A stretch of 64,000 nucleotides of DNA from an uncultured bacterium. GTDB lineage: Bacteria; Patescibacteriota; Minisyncoccia; UBA6257; 2-01-FULL-56-20. Location: NCBI GenBank assembly GCA_963719425.1, contig OY970382.1, positions 385,246 through 449,245 on the forward strand, given 5' to 3'. Positions 1 to 8,808 of the stretch are shown piece by piece. The translations under genes were made by a program, and so were the position numbers. The first letter of the stretch is position 1; the number at the start of each line of letters is the position of its first letter. A model generated the notes under the pieces. The model had not been told where the DNA came from. It ran no database searches and worked only from the letters and a program-made list of their open reading frames with translations.

Positions 1-3000
1 TTGTTGAAATGGGCGCCGGAAGGGTGAAACCGCTCAAGGTAACAGCCGTGCTGCTCAGAGAATAGCCCGTGCCAAAGGTAAAGCCCGATGACGTTGCATA
101 CTGCTGAGAGCTCGTCGCGAGCGTAGTCGTCGGAATGCCGCCCGTGAGGGATGCGAGCGCGGATAATTGGATCGTGGTTGAGCAGTTGCCCGCATTCTGA
201 ACCGTTGTCGTGAAATTTGTCGGACTTGTTTGCGGCGGCGCCAAGGTTCCGTAGTTGATGCTCATTGGCGTGACATTGATCGCATTGAGTATACCCATAT
301 TCACGGGGCTTGAGGTGGCGGTCGCCGTAGTATTCGCGGAATCCGCAACCGTTATCACGCCTGTCCACGAGTCCAACGGGTAACTTGACAAAGTGATGCC
401 AGCGGAATCGGCAAAGTACCAGACATTCGCGGTGCACGTCACGGTCGTTGTGCCGTTGCTGAACACACAGCTTGAGCTTGCGATCTGATAGCAATTCTTG
501 TTGTTTGCGACGCAGTTTGGTCCGAGGGAGGTGCGATAAATGGTTGACGTCGCGAACGCTATCGGATTGCCCCCTGCCATCGTTGAGGCGATAACGGAAA
601 TGGGAAGCGTCCCGCCCGGCGAGAGCGTGATGGTCGTACTGCCGTTGGCAAGAAGGGCACTGAAAATCCGAGGGGGCCGGGTCCCGTACGTGACGATCTC
701 GGGATAAGCGACGTACGCATAGAGCGGCGTACTGCTCGCAAAAACAGCTTCAAAACAATAATCGGTGCCTTGGGGAGAACCATTGTCCACAAGCGAGAAA
801 TCCCAATTGCCGTCTTGTCCCGCGTAGATGGTCGAAGTGGGCGTAAAATTATTTGACGATTGATAGGTTTCTTCCACAACCGTGCGTCCCCCATCCACAG
901 GATCGGTTGAGGTCGCCGCAAGCGCCGTTCCATTGGGAACGTTAGAATTCGTATAAAACGCGATTGACGTTGCACTGGTGATGGCAGTGTAACTGGCTGG
1001 CGGTACGGCGCTGCAATTGGCATAGCCACTTTCATTTGCAAATTCAAGCGCGAATGAATCCGCGCCGGCGATCGAATTCGTCGCGTCAACCGCAAGGAGC
1101 ATGCGCAAGCGGAACTGCTCGCCTGTAGAAATAAGCGTCGTCGAGGCGTTCGCCACCGCGAGCGTGGGACCGACCTGCGCGGAATTTTGATTGGCAAACC
1201 ATTGGTACGCCGCTTGAGTATACGCGGTGGGCGACGAGCTGGTGGCGAACGACCAGTTGCTGTTATTGCCACAATCCCTGTTCGTGATATTCTGGGCACT
1301 GATAGCAGCGGGACCGCTGGAAGCATTGGAACGGCTCACGTTCACATAGGCAAGCGGCGTCTGGTTTCCCGAAACGTTGAGGAGCCACTGACCGGAACTG
1401 ACGGAATTTCGGAAATAAATAGGATGGCCGGACGGCCCGACCCAATTGGTATTCGTGAAGGTATAGGTGGAACCATTGCTGTATTGAACCCCGACGCCCC
1501 CCGTCGTAACGGTGTAATTGTTGGTGACGGTGGCGCTCGCGGAAAACACTACGCTTGGCGTAAAACTGGTGATCTCACAATCCGATGGAACGGTGCCGGT
1601 ACTGTTCGTGATGACAAGGTTATAGAAAGCGGACGTTCCCGTCATCGTGCCTGAGAGTGTTTGTTGTGGACTGGTTCCACTGAGCGTGGTTGTGCCGTTG
1701 CGCGCGGTAAAGATACCATTGTTCGTAAAATTACCGTTTAAGGTCAGTGCGTAATTATTGGTGCTCACGTCAAACGTGCCGCCATTCGTAAAACTGCCGT
1801 TCACGGTAAGCGGCGCGCCGAGCGTCCACGAGACAGCGCCGATGGTCAAAGCGCCGAGGATGGGCGAGGTCGGCGCGCAGGTCACCGTGCCGCTGCCGCC
1901 CAAGGTGAGGTTGTAGTATTGGGTGACTTGGCAGGTCTGTCCTGCGCCGTTGTAGTTCATGGTGCTGCCGGTGGAGACCGCATTAAGGGTGCCGATGGCC
2001 AAAGTGCCTGCCGCGTTAAGAAGAGAATTGTTTCCCTGCGTCCAGCTTCCGCTGCCGGTAAAGTTCCCTGTTATGGTGGTCGTGCCATTGTTGGTAACGG
2101 CTCCGGGTGAATTTATAGTTACGATAGTAGCGGTAATCGTGCCGTTGTTCGTCACCGTGCCGGTATTGCTCCATGTGCCAATCGCAGTGACCGTGCCGTT
2201 GTTCGTTACGGTCCCAGTACCAGTCAAGGTGCCGCTCACGGCAAGCGAGCTGCTGTTTGTCACGGCGCCGGGACTCGTCACGGTGAGGTTCGCGATCGCA
2301 ATCGCGTTTGTGCCGCTCATAACCGCCGTACCGCTCGATACGGTGTCCGTTCCGGTGATCGCCACCGTGCCGCCGTTGTTCGTAATGCCGGCGGGCGTAA
2401 CGATGAGGGTGCTCGTTCCATTCAAAGTACCACCACTCAAAGTCACAAGCCCTGTGAGCGTTGTCGTGGCAGCGCCGTTCAAGGTGAGCGTCCCCGCCGA
2501 GATGGTTGTCGTAGTATTCACGGTGAACGGAAACGCGCCGGTCGTAACTGTGCCGCCAGAGCCGGAAACCGTGAAACCCCCTGTCACGGTCATCGACGTA
2601 CTCATCGTCCAGGTGCTGGTCCCGCCATAGACGAGGTTCCCGAGGATGGGCGAGATCGGCGCGCAGGTCACCGCCCCGCTGCCGCCGAAGGTGAGGTTGT
2701 AGTATTGGGTCGCCTTGCAGGTCACAGCCGCGCCGTTGTAGTTCACGGTGTTGCCGCTCGCGGTCGCGGTGAGCGTCGTGATGCTTGGAGAGCCGCCGGC
2801 GTAGTTGAGCGTGGCATTCGTGCCGTTCGTAAAGGTCCCGACACCGCTCATCACCACGTTCGTCGTGCTGCCGGAGAGCGTCGTCGTAGCGTTGTTGGTG
2901 AAGGTTCCCGCGATGGCGAAGGAACTCGCGGTGGTGGCGCTGTCGGTGAACGCGCCGCTGTTGACGAAGACGCCACTGTCCGTGAAAGCCCCCGTCATCG

Positions 3001-4990
3001 TGACGGTCCCGTTGTTGGTCGTCGTAGTGCTCGCAGGAACGGTGAAGGTGGTCGCGGTCAGGGTGCTGGTGCTTGTGAGCGTCAGCGTCGTGCCGCTCGT
3101 CAAGGTCGCAGTCGTGATGCTCGATGTTCCGCTCAGGGTCTGGTTGCCCGTGAAGGTCGCCGTGCCGGTGATCGTGACGGCACCGCTACCCGATTGGGTA
3201 AGACCGCCTTGAAAAATAATAAGGGTACTGTTGCCAGAGAGAGTCCCCCCGCTCACCGTCACGAGCCCTACAAGCGTTTTGTTGCCGGTGCTGCTGTTGA
3301 GCACAAGTCCGCCGGAGGAAATCGACGTGATGCTCGATGCGGTGAAGGCGTATCCCGCGGTGGTGAGGGTTCCGCCGGAGATCGTTACCGTGCCGGCGAC
3401 CGTCGTCGCCGCGCCGAGCGTCCACGTGGCGGTGCCCGTGACGACGAGGTTCCCGAGGATGGGCGAGGTGAACGAGGTACAGGTCTTTGTGCCGCTGCCG
3501 CCGAAGGTGAGGTTGTAGTATTGGGTCGCAATGCAAGTCTGTGTGCTCGCGCGATCATACGTCACGGTATTATTGTTCGTGTGTGCATCAAAAATCCCCG
3601 TCCCGCTGGTTGCAATGGCTACGCTAAATTCAAGGCCAGACCCTGCGCCCTGGGTCCAGTTCCCCGTCAAGGTGAGCGTGGCACCGGTTGAAGAAACGTT
3701 GGCATTATTTGTCAGTGTGATGCCTGCGGTACCGACTGTCATTAACCCCAAAGTCATCCTGCCGTTCAAGGCCTGACTGTTAGTGCCGAAGGTCGCCGTG
3801 CCGGTGATCGTGACGGCACCGCTACCCGATTGGGTAAGACCGCCTTGAAAAATAATAAGGGTACTGTTGCCAGAGAGAGTCCCCCCGCTCACCGTCACGA
3901 GCCCTACAAGCGTTTTGTTGCCGGTGCTGCTGTTGAGCACAAGTCCGCCGGAGGAAATCGACGTGATGCTCGATGCGGTGAAGGCGTATCCCGCGGTGGT
4001 GAGGGTTCCGCCGGAGATCGTTACCGTGCCGGCGACCGTCGTCGCCGCGCCGAGCGTCCACGTGGCGGTGCCCGTGACGACGAGGTTCCCGAGGATGGGC
4101 GAGGTGAACGAGGTACAGGTCTTTGTGCCGCTGCCGCCGAAGGTGAGGTTGTAGTATTGGGTCGCAATGCAGGTCACAGCCGCGCCGTTGTAGTTCACGG
4201 TGTTGCCGCTCGCGGTCGCGGTGAGCGTCGTGATGCTTGGAGAGCCGCCGGCGTAGTTGAGCGTGGCATTCGTGCCGTTCGTAAAGGTCCCGACACCGCT
4301 CATCACCACGTTCGTCGTGCTGCCGGAGAGCGTCGTCGTAGCGTTGTTGGTGAAGGTTCCCGCGATGGCGAAGGAACTCGCGGTGGTGGCGCTGTCGGTG
4401 AACGCGCCGCTGTTGACGAAGACGCCACTGTCCGTGAAAATCGCGTTCATCGCGATAGTTCCGTTATTTGTCGTCGTCGCGCTCGCGGAAATAGTGATCG
4501 CGCCCGCGAAAGAAAGGCTTGCGCTGGAAGAAACGGTTTTATTGCCCGTCAAAGTGGTGAGTCCCGTATATGACGGCGTTCCGGTTCCATCAATCCATGC
4601 ACCGGCTCCGCTTAACGTTACCGCACCCGTGCCGGAGAGCGTTCCATTGATGGTAAAGCCGTTCGGCGCCGTGCCCGTTCCCGCGTCGGTGAGCGTATAC
4701 GACGAAAGGGCCAACCTCCCGCCACTATCGATGACCACCCCCGCAACCTGCGTAGCCGCCACCAAGGTTGTCGTCACGCCACTCAGAATTTCAATGGTAT
4801 CAGTGGTCGCCGGCGTCGTGCCGCCGCAGTTCGTCCAGTCGGCCGCAACGTTAAAGTTATAGCTGCCAGCCGTGCTCGTGGTTACGCAATTATTGGCATG
4901 GGCCGTTTTGGTTCCGATCATCAAACAACCGAAAAAAAATAAAACGGAGGCTAATATGAAAAACGTTTTCCGAAAAAGACGCTCCCTCAT
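1..4990 (-). CDS. Giant secreted Thr/Gly/Asn-rich adhesin-like (beta-helix repeat) surface protein, 3'-partial (>1663 aa)
   Basis: ATG at 4990 overlaps the stop of the upstream gene (ATGA). It reads MRERLFRKTFFILASVLFFFGCLMIGTKTAHANNC (signal peptide). Position 1 is still in frame (...TLSGFTLPAPIST), and the ORF track lists no ORF closing in this frame. The motif TCxxTQYYNLT(F/L)GGSGxxTC occurs 4 times. Confidence 0.88.
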   Translation of the reverse strand, partial: MRERLFRKTFFILASVLFFFGCLMIGTKTAHANNCVTTSTAGSYNFNVAADWTNCGGTTPATTDTIEILSGVTTTLVAATQVAGVVIDSGGRLALSSYTLTDAGTGTAPNGFTINGTLSGTGAVTLSGAGAWIDGTGTPSYTGLTTLTGNKTVSSSASLSFAGAITISASATTTNNGTIAMNAIFTDSGVFVNSGAFTDSATTASSFAIAGTFTNNATTTLSGSTTNVVMSGVGTFTNGTNATLNYAGGSPSITTLTATASGNTVNYNGAAVTCIATQYYNLTFGGSGTKTCTSFTSPILGNLVVTGTATWTLGAATTVAGTVTISGGTLTTAGYAFTASSITSISSGGLVLNSSTGNKTLVGLVTVSGGTLSGNSTLIIFQGGLTQSGSGAVTITGTATFGTNSQALNGRMTLGLMTVGTAGITLTNNANVSSTGATLTLTGNWTQGAGSGLEFSVAIATSGTGIFDAHTNNNTVTYDRASTQTCIATQYYNLTFGGSGTKTCTSFTSPILGNLVVTGTATWTLGAATTVAGTVTISGGTLTTAGYAFTASSITSISSGGLVLNSSTGNKTLVGLVTVSGGTLSGNSTLIIFQGGLTQSGSGAVTITGTATFTGNQTLSGTSSITTATLTSGTTLTLTSTSTLTATTFTVPASTTTTNNGTVTMTGAFTDSGVFVNSGAFTDSATTASSFAIAGTFTNNATTTLSGSTTNVVMSGVGTFTNGTNATLNYAGGSPSITTLTATASGNTVNYNGAAVTCKATQYYNLTFGGSGAVTCAPISPILGNLVYGGTSTWTMSTSMTVTGGFTVSGSGGTVTTGAFPFTVNTTTTISAGTLTLNGAATTTLTGLVTLSGGTLNGTSTLIVTPAGITNNGGTVAITGTDTVSSGTAVMSGTNAIAIANLTVTSPGAVTNSSSLAVSGTLTGTGTVTNNGTVTAIGTWSNTGTVTNNGTITATIVTINSPGAVTNNGTTTITGNFTGSGSWTQGNNSLLNAAGTLAIGTLNAVSTGSTMNYNGAGQTCQVTQYYNLTLGGSGTVTCAPTSPILGALTIGAVSWTLGAPLTVNGSFTNGGTFDVSTNNYALTLNGNFTNNGIFTARNGTTTLSGTSPQQTLSGTMTGTSAFYNLVITNSTGTVPSDCEITSFTPSVVFSASATVTNNYTVTTGGVGVQYSNGSTYTFTNTNWVGPSGHPIYFRNSVSSGQWLLNVSGNQTPLAYVNVSRSNASSGPAAISAQNITNRDCGNNSNWSFATSSSPTAYTQAAYQWFANQNSAQVGPTLAVANASTTLISTGEQFRLRMLLAVDATNSIAGADSFALEFANESGYANCSAVPPASYTAITSATSIAFYTNSNVPNGTALAATSTDPVDGGRTVVEETYQSSNNFTPTSTIYAGQDGNWDFSLVDNGSPQGTDYCFEAVFASSTPLYAYVAYPEIVTYGTRPPRIFSALLANGSTTITLSPGGTLPISVIASTMAGGNPIAFATSTIYRTSLGPNCVANNKNCYQIASSSCVFSNGTTTVTCTANVWYFADSAGITLSSYPLDSWTGVITVADSANTTATATSSPVNMGILNAINVTPMSINYGTLAPPQTSPTNFTTTVQNAGNCSTTIQLSALASLTGGIPTTTLATSSQQYATSSGFTFGTGYSLSSTAVTLSGFTLPAPIST
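2716..2987. repeat. Intragenic direct repeat A, copy 1 (matches 4168-4439)
   Basis: About 272 bp, identical by eye, offset 1452 bp (in frame). Confidence 0.9.
3152..3535. repeat. Intragenic direct repeat B, copy 1 (matches 3788-4171)
   Basis: About 384 bp, identical by eye, offset 636 bp. The shadow ORFs 3231..3518 and 3867..4154 are identical. Confidence 0.9.
3788..4439. repeat. Adjacent second copies of repeats B (3788-4171) and A (4168-4439)
   Basis: Direct sequence comparison with the first copies. Confidence 0.9.
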
Positions 4991-6684
4991 CGAACAATGA
5001 TGTTTAATTGGCAAAAATTCGAGATCACGTTTCCGTCGGCTTCATGCTCGTGGTAGATCACGGAAATATTGAAGGAGCCGTGCTGGGCGTCCGCCGCTGC
5101 CCGAAAGGTGAGTGACGAGGTCGCCGCGATGGGACCGGTCGGACTGCCTACCAAAACGACAACGCCATGGGGAAGATATCCCGTGGAAAGATCGTATGAT
5201 ATGCCATTAATAGAGGGATGAAGCACGGCGATAAACTGCGCGGTCCCGCCGAGGGGTAATTCCTGCGAAAAGGGCTCTATTTCGCAGGTTTGCTGGGCAC
5301 CGGGATTCACAAGCGTGATTCGGACCGGTGGCGCGGTGGAAGAGACCTCTTCATCCGTCGAACTTGGCGTGACCGGCGTTTCGGCCACTGATGGCAGTTC
5401 ATAATGCACCTCCACAAGCATCCCGTCTAAATAGACCGGCGGCAAAGGATCCTGCGTCGTCGGGATCCCTTGGACCCTTATCTGAAGGTTCTGAAGATCG
5501 GTCCAGTGCGATATCGGGAGCGTGACCGTGAACTCTTGCCAATTATCCACATTGACCTCGCCGATACTGACCCATGTTTGCCCGTCGGTGCTGTAGCTCA
5601 CGTCCAAAAAATTCTCGTCGGGGGTTGCCGGTGGGGCGGTCGCGGCCGTGGCTGTCGTACTCGTTGAGGCGATCGTCTCTTCCGATGAAGTTGACGCGGA
5701 TGACGTGGGTGTTGAAGTCTCGGATAAAAGGTTCGCGATCAATGGCTCACCTAATATCACCGTTTGAGAGGCATCGTCATCCGCGCGCGCGGCAGGAACA
5801 GCCCATGAAAAGAATTCCGGGGGCGAAATAAAAGAAGTTGTTGAATCGTTTGTATCATTCGTTGGTGCAGGCGGCGGAAGCGGCGGCGAAGGTGGCGGGG
5901 GCGTCACGACCGGAGGCGTTTCCATGTTGCCAGAAGATGAATTATCAACCGGTGCGGCATCGGAAGACGTTCCACTGGCCTCTGTGTCCGGAACAACAAT
6001 AGGAGCAGTGTCTGTTGGCACGACGGATGTCGCCGTGGTAATTGATGTGGTCGGAACGGTGGTCGTGGGCTCCCCTTCTTCTATGTTCTCCATTGAGGAA
6101 GCCGATGTGGCGCTACTCGAAGTTGAACTCGTGAAGTCCGGCGACGAAGTTCCATTCGCTTCATCCGACGGTGCCGCCGCGGCGGTGCTGGTCGTGGTCG
6201 TGGCGGTGACGGTCGTGGCGGAAGCGGTTTCGTCACCTATCTGCCACATGAACGTGAGGCCGACGTTCGTGATGTTGCTGGAGGTTGGAATATCGCCGCT
6301 CAAAAACCCACCGCAAAAGATCTGCGTGTCCGAGCCGTTGCTCAACGCGGAATTTTCCGCAGAGAACGGAGTGCCCGTGGCCATCGTTTCGGGCCGCCCT
6401 TGGGCGTTTGCGGGATTTTGCCAATCACCAAGACAGATGGATGGATAGAAATCTTGCACATCGGCGCGGAGCGAAAGGAGGCGAACACCAAAAAAAACAG
6501 CGACGACGAGCGCTAAACAACCGAGTATCCAAACCCAAGGGTGCCGCACCCGGAAGTTCGGCCTGAGATTAAGCGCGTTCTTTCCGTAGAGGATGTGCTT
6601 AAGGATGTTTTTTGAAGACGGGCGTGATGCCTTATGTACATCAAAAACTTTCTTCTCTTTACTGTCTTTTCTCGAGGAGGTCAT
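4987..6684 (-). CDS. Membrane-anchored Ser/Thr/Pro-rich extracellular hypothetical protein
   Basis: 565-aa ORF with one N-terminal TM segment and low-complexity linkers. It is translationally coupled to the giant adhesin gene. Confidence 0.8.
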   Translation of the reverse strand: MTSSRKDSKEKKVFDVHKASRPSSKNILKHILYGKNALNLRPNFRVRHPWVWILGCLALVVAVFFGVRLLSLRADVQDFYPSICLGDWQNPANAQGRPETMATGTPFSAENSALSNGSDTQIFCGGFLSGDIPTSSNITNVGLTFMWQIGDETASATTVTATTTTSTAAAAPSDEANGTSSPDFTSSTSSSATSASSMENIEEGEPTTTVPTTSITTATSVVPTDTAPIVVPDTEASGTSSDAAPVDNSSSGNMETPPVVTPPPPSPPLPPPAPTNDTNDSTTSFISPPEFFSWAVPAARADDDASQTVILGEPLIANLLSETSTPTSSASTSSEETIASTSTTATAATAPPATPDENFLDVSYSTDGQTWVSIGEVNVDNWQEFTVTLPISHWTDLQNLQIRVQGIPTTQDPLPPVYLDGMLVEVHYELPSVAETPVTPSSTDEEVSSTAPPVRITLVNPGAQQTCEIEPFSQELPLGGTAQFIAVLHPSINGISYDLSTGYLPHGVVVLVGSPTGPIAATSSLTFRAAADAQHGSFNISVIYHEHEADGNVISNFCQLNIIVR

Positions 6685-6738
6685 TCCTCTCTATTTTACC
6701 ATCAAAAACAGAAAATCCGCAGAAAAACTGTGGATTTT

Positions 6739-7347
6739 CTAGAGATGCTTCTCTACCTCGCTCCAATTCACGACATTCCACCAGGCAGTGATATAATCCG
6801 GGCGCCTATTCTGGTATTTCAGATAGTACGCGTGCTCCCAAACATCCAATCCGAGCACCGGTTCCTGCCCTTTCGTGAGCGGGCTATCCTGGTTCGGCGT
6901 TGTAGCGACGATCAGCTTGCCATTGGCATCGCGCACGAGCCATGCCCAGCCACTTCCGAAAACGCCCCCCGCCGCTTTCGTAAACTCCTCTTTGAATTTC
7001 AGGAATCCTCCGAACGTCCGTGCAATCGCATCCCCTATTTTTCCGCTCGGCTCGCCACCTCCGCCGTTGTTTGGTCCGGCCATGATCGTCCAGAAAAACG
7101 AGTGGTTCGCGTGTCCCCCGCCGTGATTGCGCACCGCGGTGCGGATGTCCTCCGGCACGGAATCCAGCAACCGCAAGAGTTCCGCAAGCGGTCTGTCGGC
7201 GATCTCCGGATACTTTTCAAGCGCGGCATTCAGATTGTTCACATACGCCTGATGATGCTTCGTAAGGTGGATCTCCATCGTCTTCGCATCAATATACGGT
7301 TCAAGCGCCTCATAGGCATACGGCAGTTCTGGCAGTTCGTATTTCAT
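6739..7347 (-). CDS. sodA: Superoxide dismutase (Mn/Fe family, Mn-type signature)
   Basis: Motifs [29 protein letters not shown] and DVWEHAYY. Confidence 0.96.
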   Translation of the reverse strand: MKYELPELPYAYEALEPYIDAKTMEIHLTKHHQAYVNNLNAALEKYPEIADRPLAELLRLLDSVPEDIRTAVRNHGGGHANHSFFWTIMAGPNNGGGGEPSGKIGDAIARTFGGFLKFKEEFTKAAGGVFGSGWAWLVRDANGKLIVATTPNQDSPLTKGQEPVLGLDVWEHAYYLKYQNRRPDYITAWWNVVNWSEVEKHL

Positions 7348-7419
7348 ATTATTTTTTATTAGTTAATTATATTTTCGCCCTTTATTATTCTTCAGATTTT
7401 TATTATACTCTGAATTGAT

Positions 7420-7490
7420 TGCGGGGTCGTCTAATGGTAGGACAGCGGCCTTTGGAGCCGTTTATCCTGGTCCGAATCCAGGCCCCGCAG
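7420..7490 (+). tRNA. tRNA-Gln (anticodon TTG)
   Basis: Cloverleaf: acceptor TGCGGGG/CCCCGCA, anticodon arm GCGGC-CTTTGGA-GCCGT, T arm CCTGG-TCCGAAT-CCAGG. TATACT lies at 7404-7409. CCA is not encoded. Confidence 0.95.
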
Positions 7491-7581
7491 CAGTCTAGTT
7501 TAGTTACGATGGACCAAGAGCCGTCGAAAACCGGACATCTCCGTCCCACCCACGTCATACCGGCTGAGCGCCGTATCCAGA

Positions 7582-7615
7582 GAAGAAAACCGCCGACTAC
7601 TCGGCGGTTTTCTTC
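7582..7615. terminator. Bidirectional intrinsic terminator
   Basis: Perfect 15-bp stem GAAGAAAACCGCCGA-ctac-TCGGCGGTTTTCTTC between the convergent tRNA and nuclease genes. Confidence 0.8.
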
Positions 7616-7623
7616 GTTCTTGT

Positions 7624-8223
7624 CTAGTTTACCCTGTATGATATTTTTCCACGTTCGTCTGCGTCTGCTCTTATTAAAACAAATTCTAGGTTGCCATTCT
7701 CGATGGTTCGCTCTATTGAACTTTGAATTTTCTCATCGGCCCTACTTTTTGCACGCCTAGACATGAAAGATATTTTTTCGACATCGTCTTTGCTGGTCAT
7801 GCCATGGAAAACAACGAATTCGACCGGCGAAAATAATAACCTCGCGTCTTTTGGATAGATATTTAGTTTTAGGAAAGTCTTATCCATGCCTATTTTCTTT
7901 ATTTGACTCACGGCCTGTCTCCTGCCTTTAATTACTACCTTCCTTGTATAAATTGGCTCAACCTTTTCGTACTGCTCTTGTTTATCGCTTAAATCATTTT
8001 GTATATCATTAAAATCCCATCCCAATAATTTAACTCGATCCTTGTAAGAATCAAGTTTCTCTTGCTCTTCAATAATCTCACCTAATTCAGGCAATGTTAC
8101 CTTCTTCCCCATTATAAAAAGGGCGGCGGCGCTTAGTTGAAAGATCTTGTTACAGCACGGACATATGCCAAAAATATAATGCTGCTCTTTATAAAACAGA
8201 ACTAAAAATTTTGTGATGTCCAT
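7624..8223 (-). CDS. Holliday-junction-resolvase-like (Endonuc_Holl-type) protein, catalytic ExK apparently lost
   Basis: N-terminal CPCC, coiled coil, then DARLLFSPVEFVVFHG...ISFMSRR. It aligns by eye with the neighbouring gene. AT-rich. Confidence 0.65.
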   Translation of the reverse strand: MDITKFLVLFYKEQHYIFGICPCCNKIFQLSAAALFIMGKKVTLPELGEIIEEQEKLDSYKDRVKLLGWDFNDIQNDLSDKQEQYEKVEPIYTRKVVIKGRRQAVSQIKKIGMDKTFLKLNIYPKDARLLFSPVEFVVFHGMTSKDDVEKISFMSRRAKSRADEKIQSSIERTIENGNLEFVLIRADADERGKISYRVN

Positions 8224-8224
8224 T

Positions 8225-8794
8225 TTAATAAGGTATTAAGTTGATAGTCGATTTCCCCTCTCCGGCTTCTTTGACTCTTTCTTTTACCTGGTGCTGAGTT
8301 CTACTTAGGGGCTGACTGCCTGTCTTAGCTTCAATAAATGAAATTTTTTCAACCTTCCCCTTTTTTGTTAGCCCACCAAAAGATATGTAATCAATTGGGT
8401 TTAATATGGCCCTACAATCCCCATTCTCAAATCTGAACTTGTTTGAGGCTGGTAAAATTTGGTCAAATATTTGACCGATATTTGTATACTTTGTAATAAC
8501 CTGAACCCTCTTGGGTCTTTCTATTTTGCGATGTTTTAATTTTTTTATTTTTTCTTTTATGTCTTCGATTTTTTTCAACCAAGTTTCTTCTTCTTTCTCT
8601 GTTTTTTTAAAAGCTTTTTTGATATTATCACGCTGCTGATCTAATTTATTTAAAACATATCCGGGGTATGGTTTTTTTCTGATATCAAAAAGGTGGGCGT
8701 TCTTCGCACCGAAAGCTCCTCCGCAGTGATTGCATTTAATAGTTAGGCCCTTAACACCCTCCAGTATTTTTATTATGTCGATTTCTTCGTTCAT
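8225..8794 (-). CDS. Holliday-junction-resolvase-like (Endonuc_Holl-type) PD-(D/E)xK endonuclease
   Basis: CNHC, coiled coil, DCRAILNPIDYISFGGL...ISFIEAKTGSQPLSRTQ. AT-rich. Confidence 0.75.
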   Translation of the reverse strand: MNEEIDIIKILEGVKGLTIKCNHCGGAFGAKNAHLFDIRKKPYPGYVLNKLDQQRDNIKKAFKKTEKEEETWLKKIEDIKEKIKKLKHRKIERPKRVQVITKYTNIGQIFDQILPASNKFRFENGDCRAILNPIDYISFGGLTKKGKVEKISFIEAKTGSQPLSRTQHQVKERVKEAGEGKSTINLIPY

Positions 8795-8808
8795 ATTGCT
8801 TTTTATTT

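Noticed and set aside
2716-4439. Repeat pairs as a DGR template/variable repeat
   Set aside because: The copies look identical with no adenine-specific mismatches, both lie in frame inside one gene, and there is no reverse transcriptase in the window.
559-4862. Many listed ORFs (Val/Pro-rich or Arg-rich)
   Set aside because: They are antisense or off-frame shadows of the Thr/Gly-rich adhesin gene. The same applies to most short overlapping ORFs elsewhere in the track.
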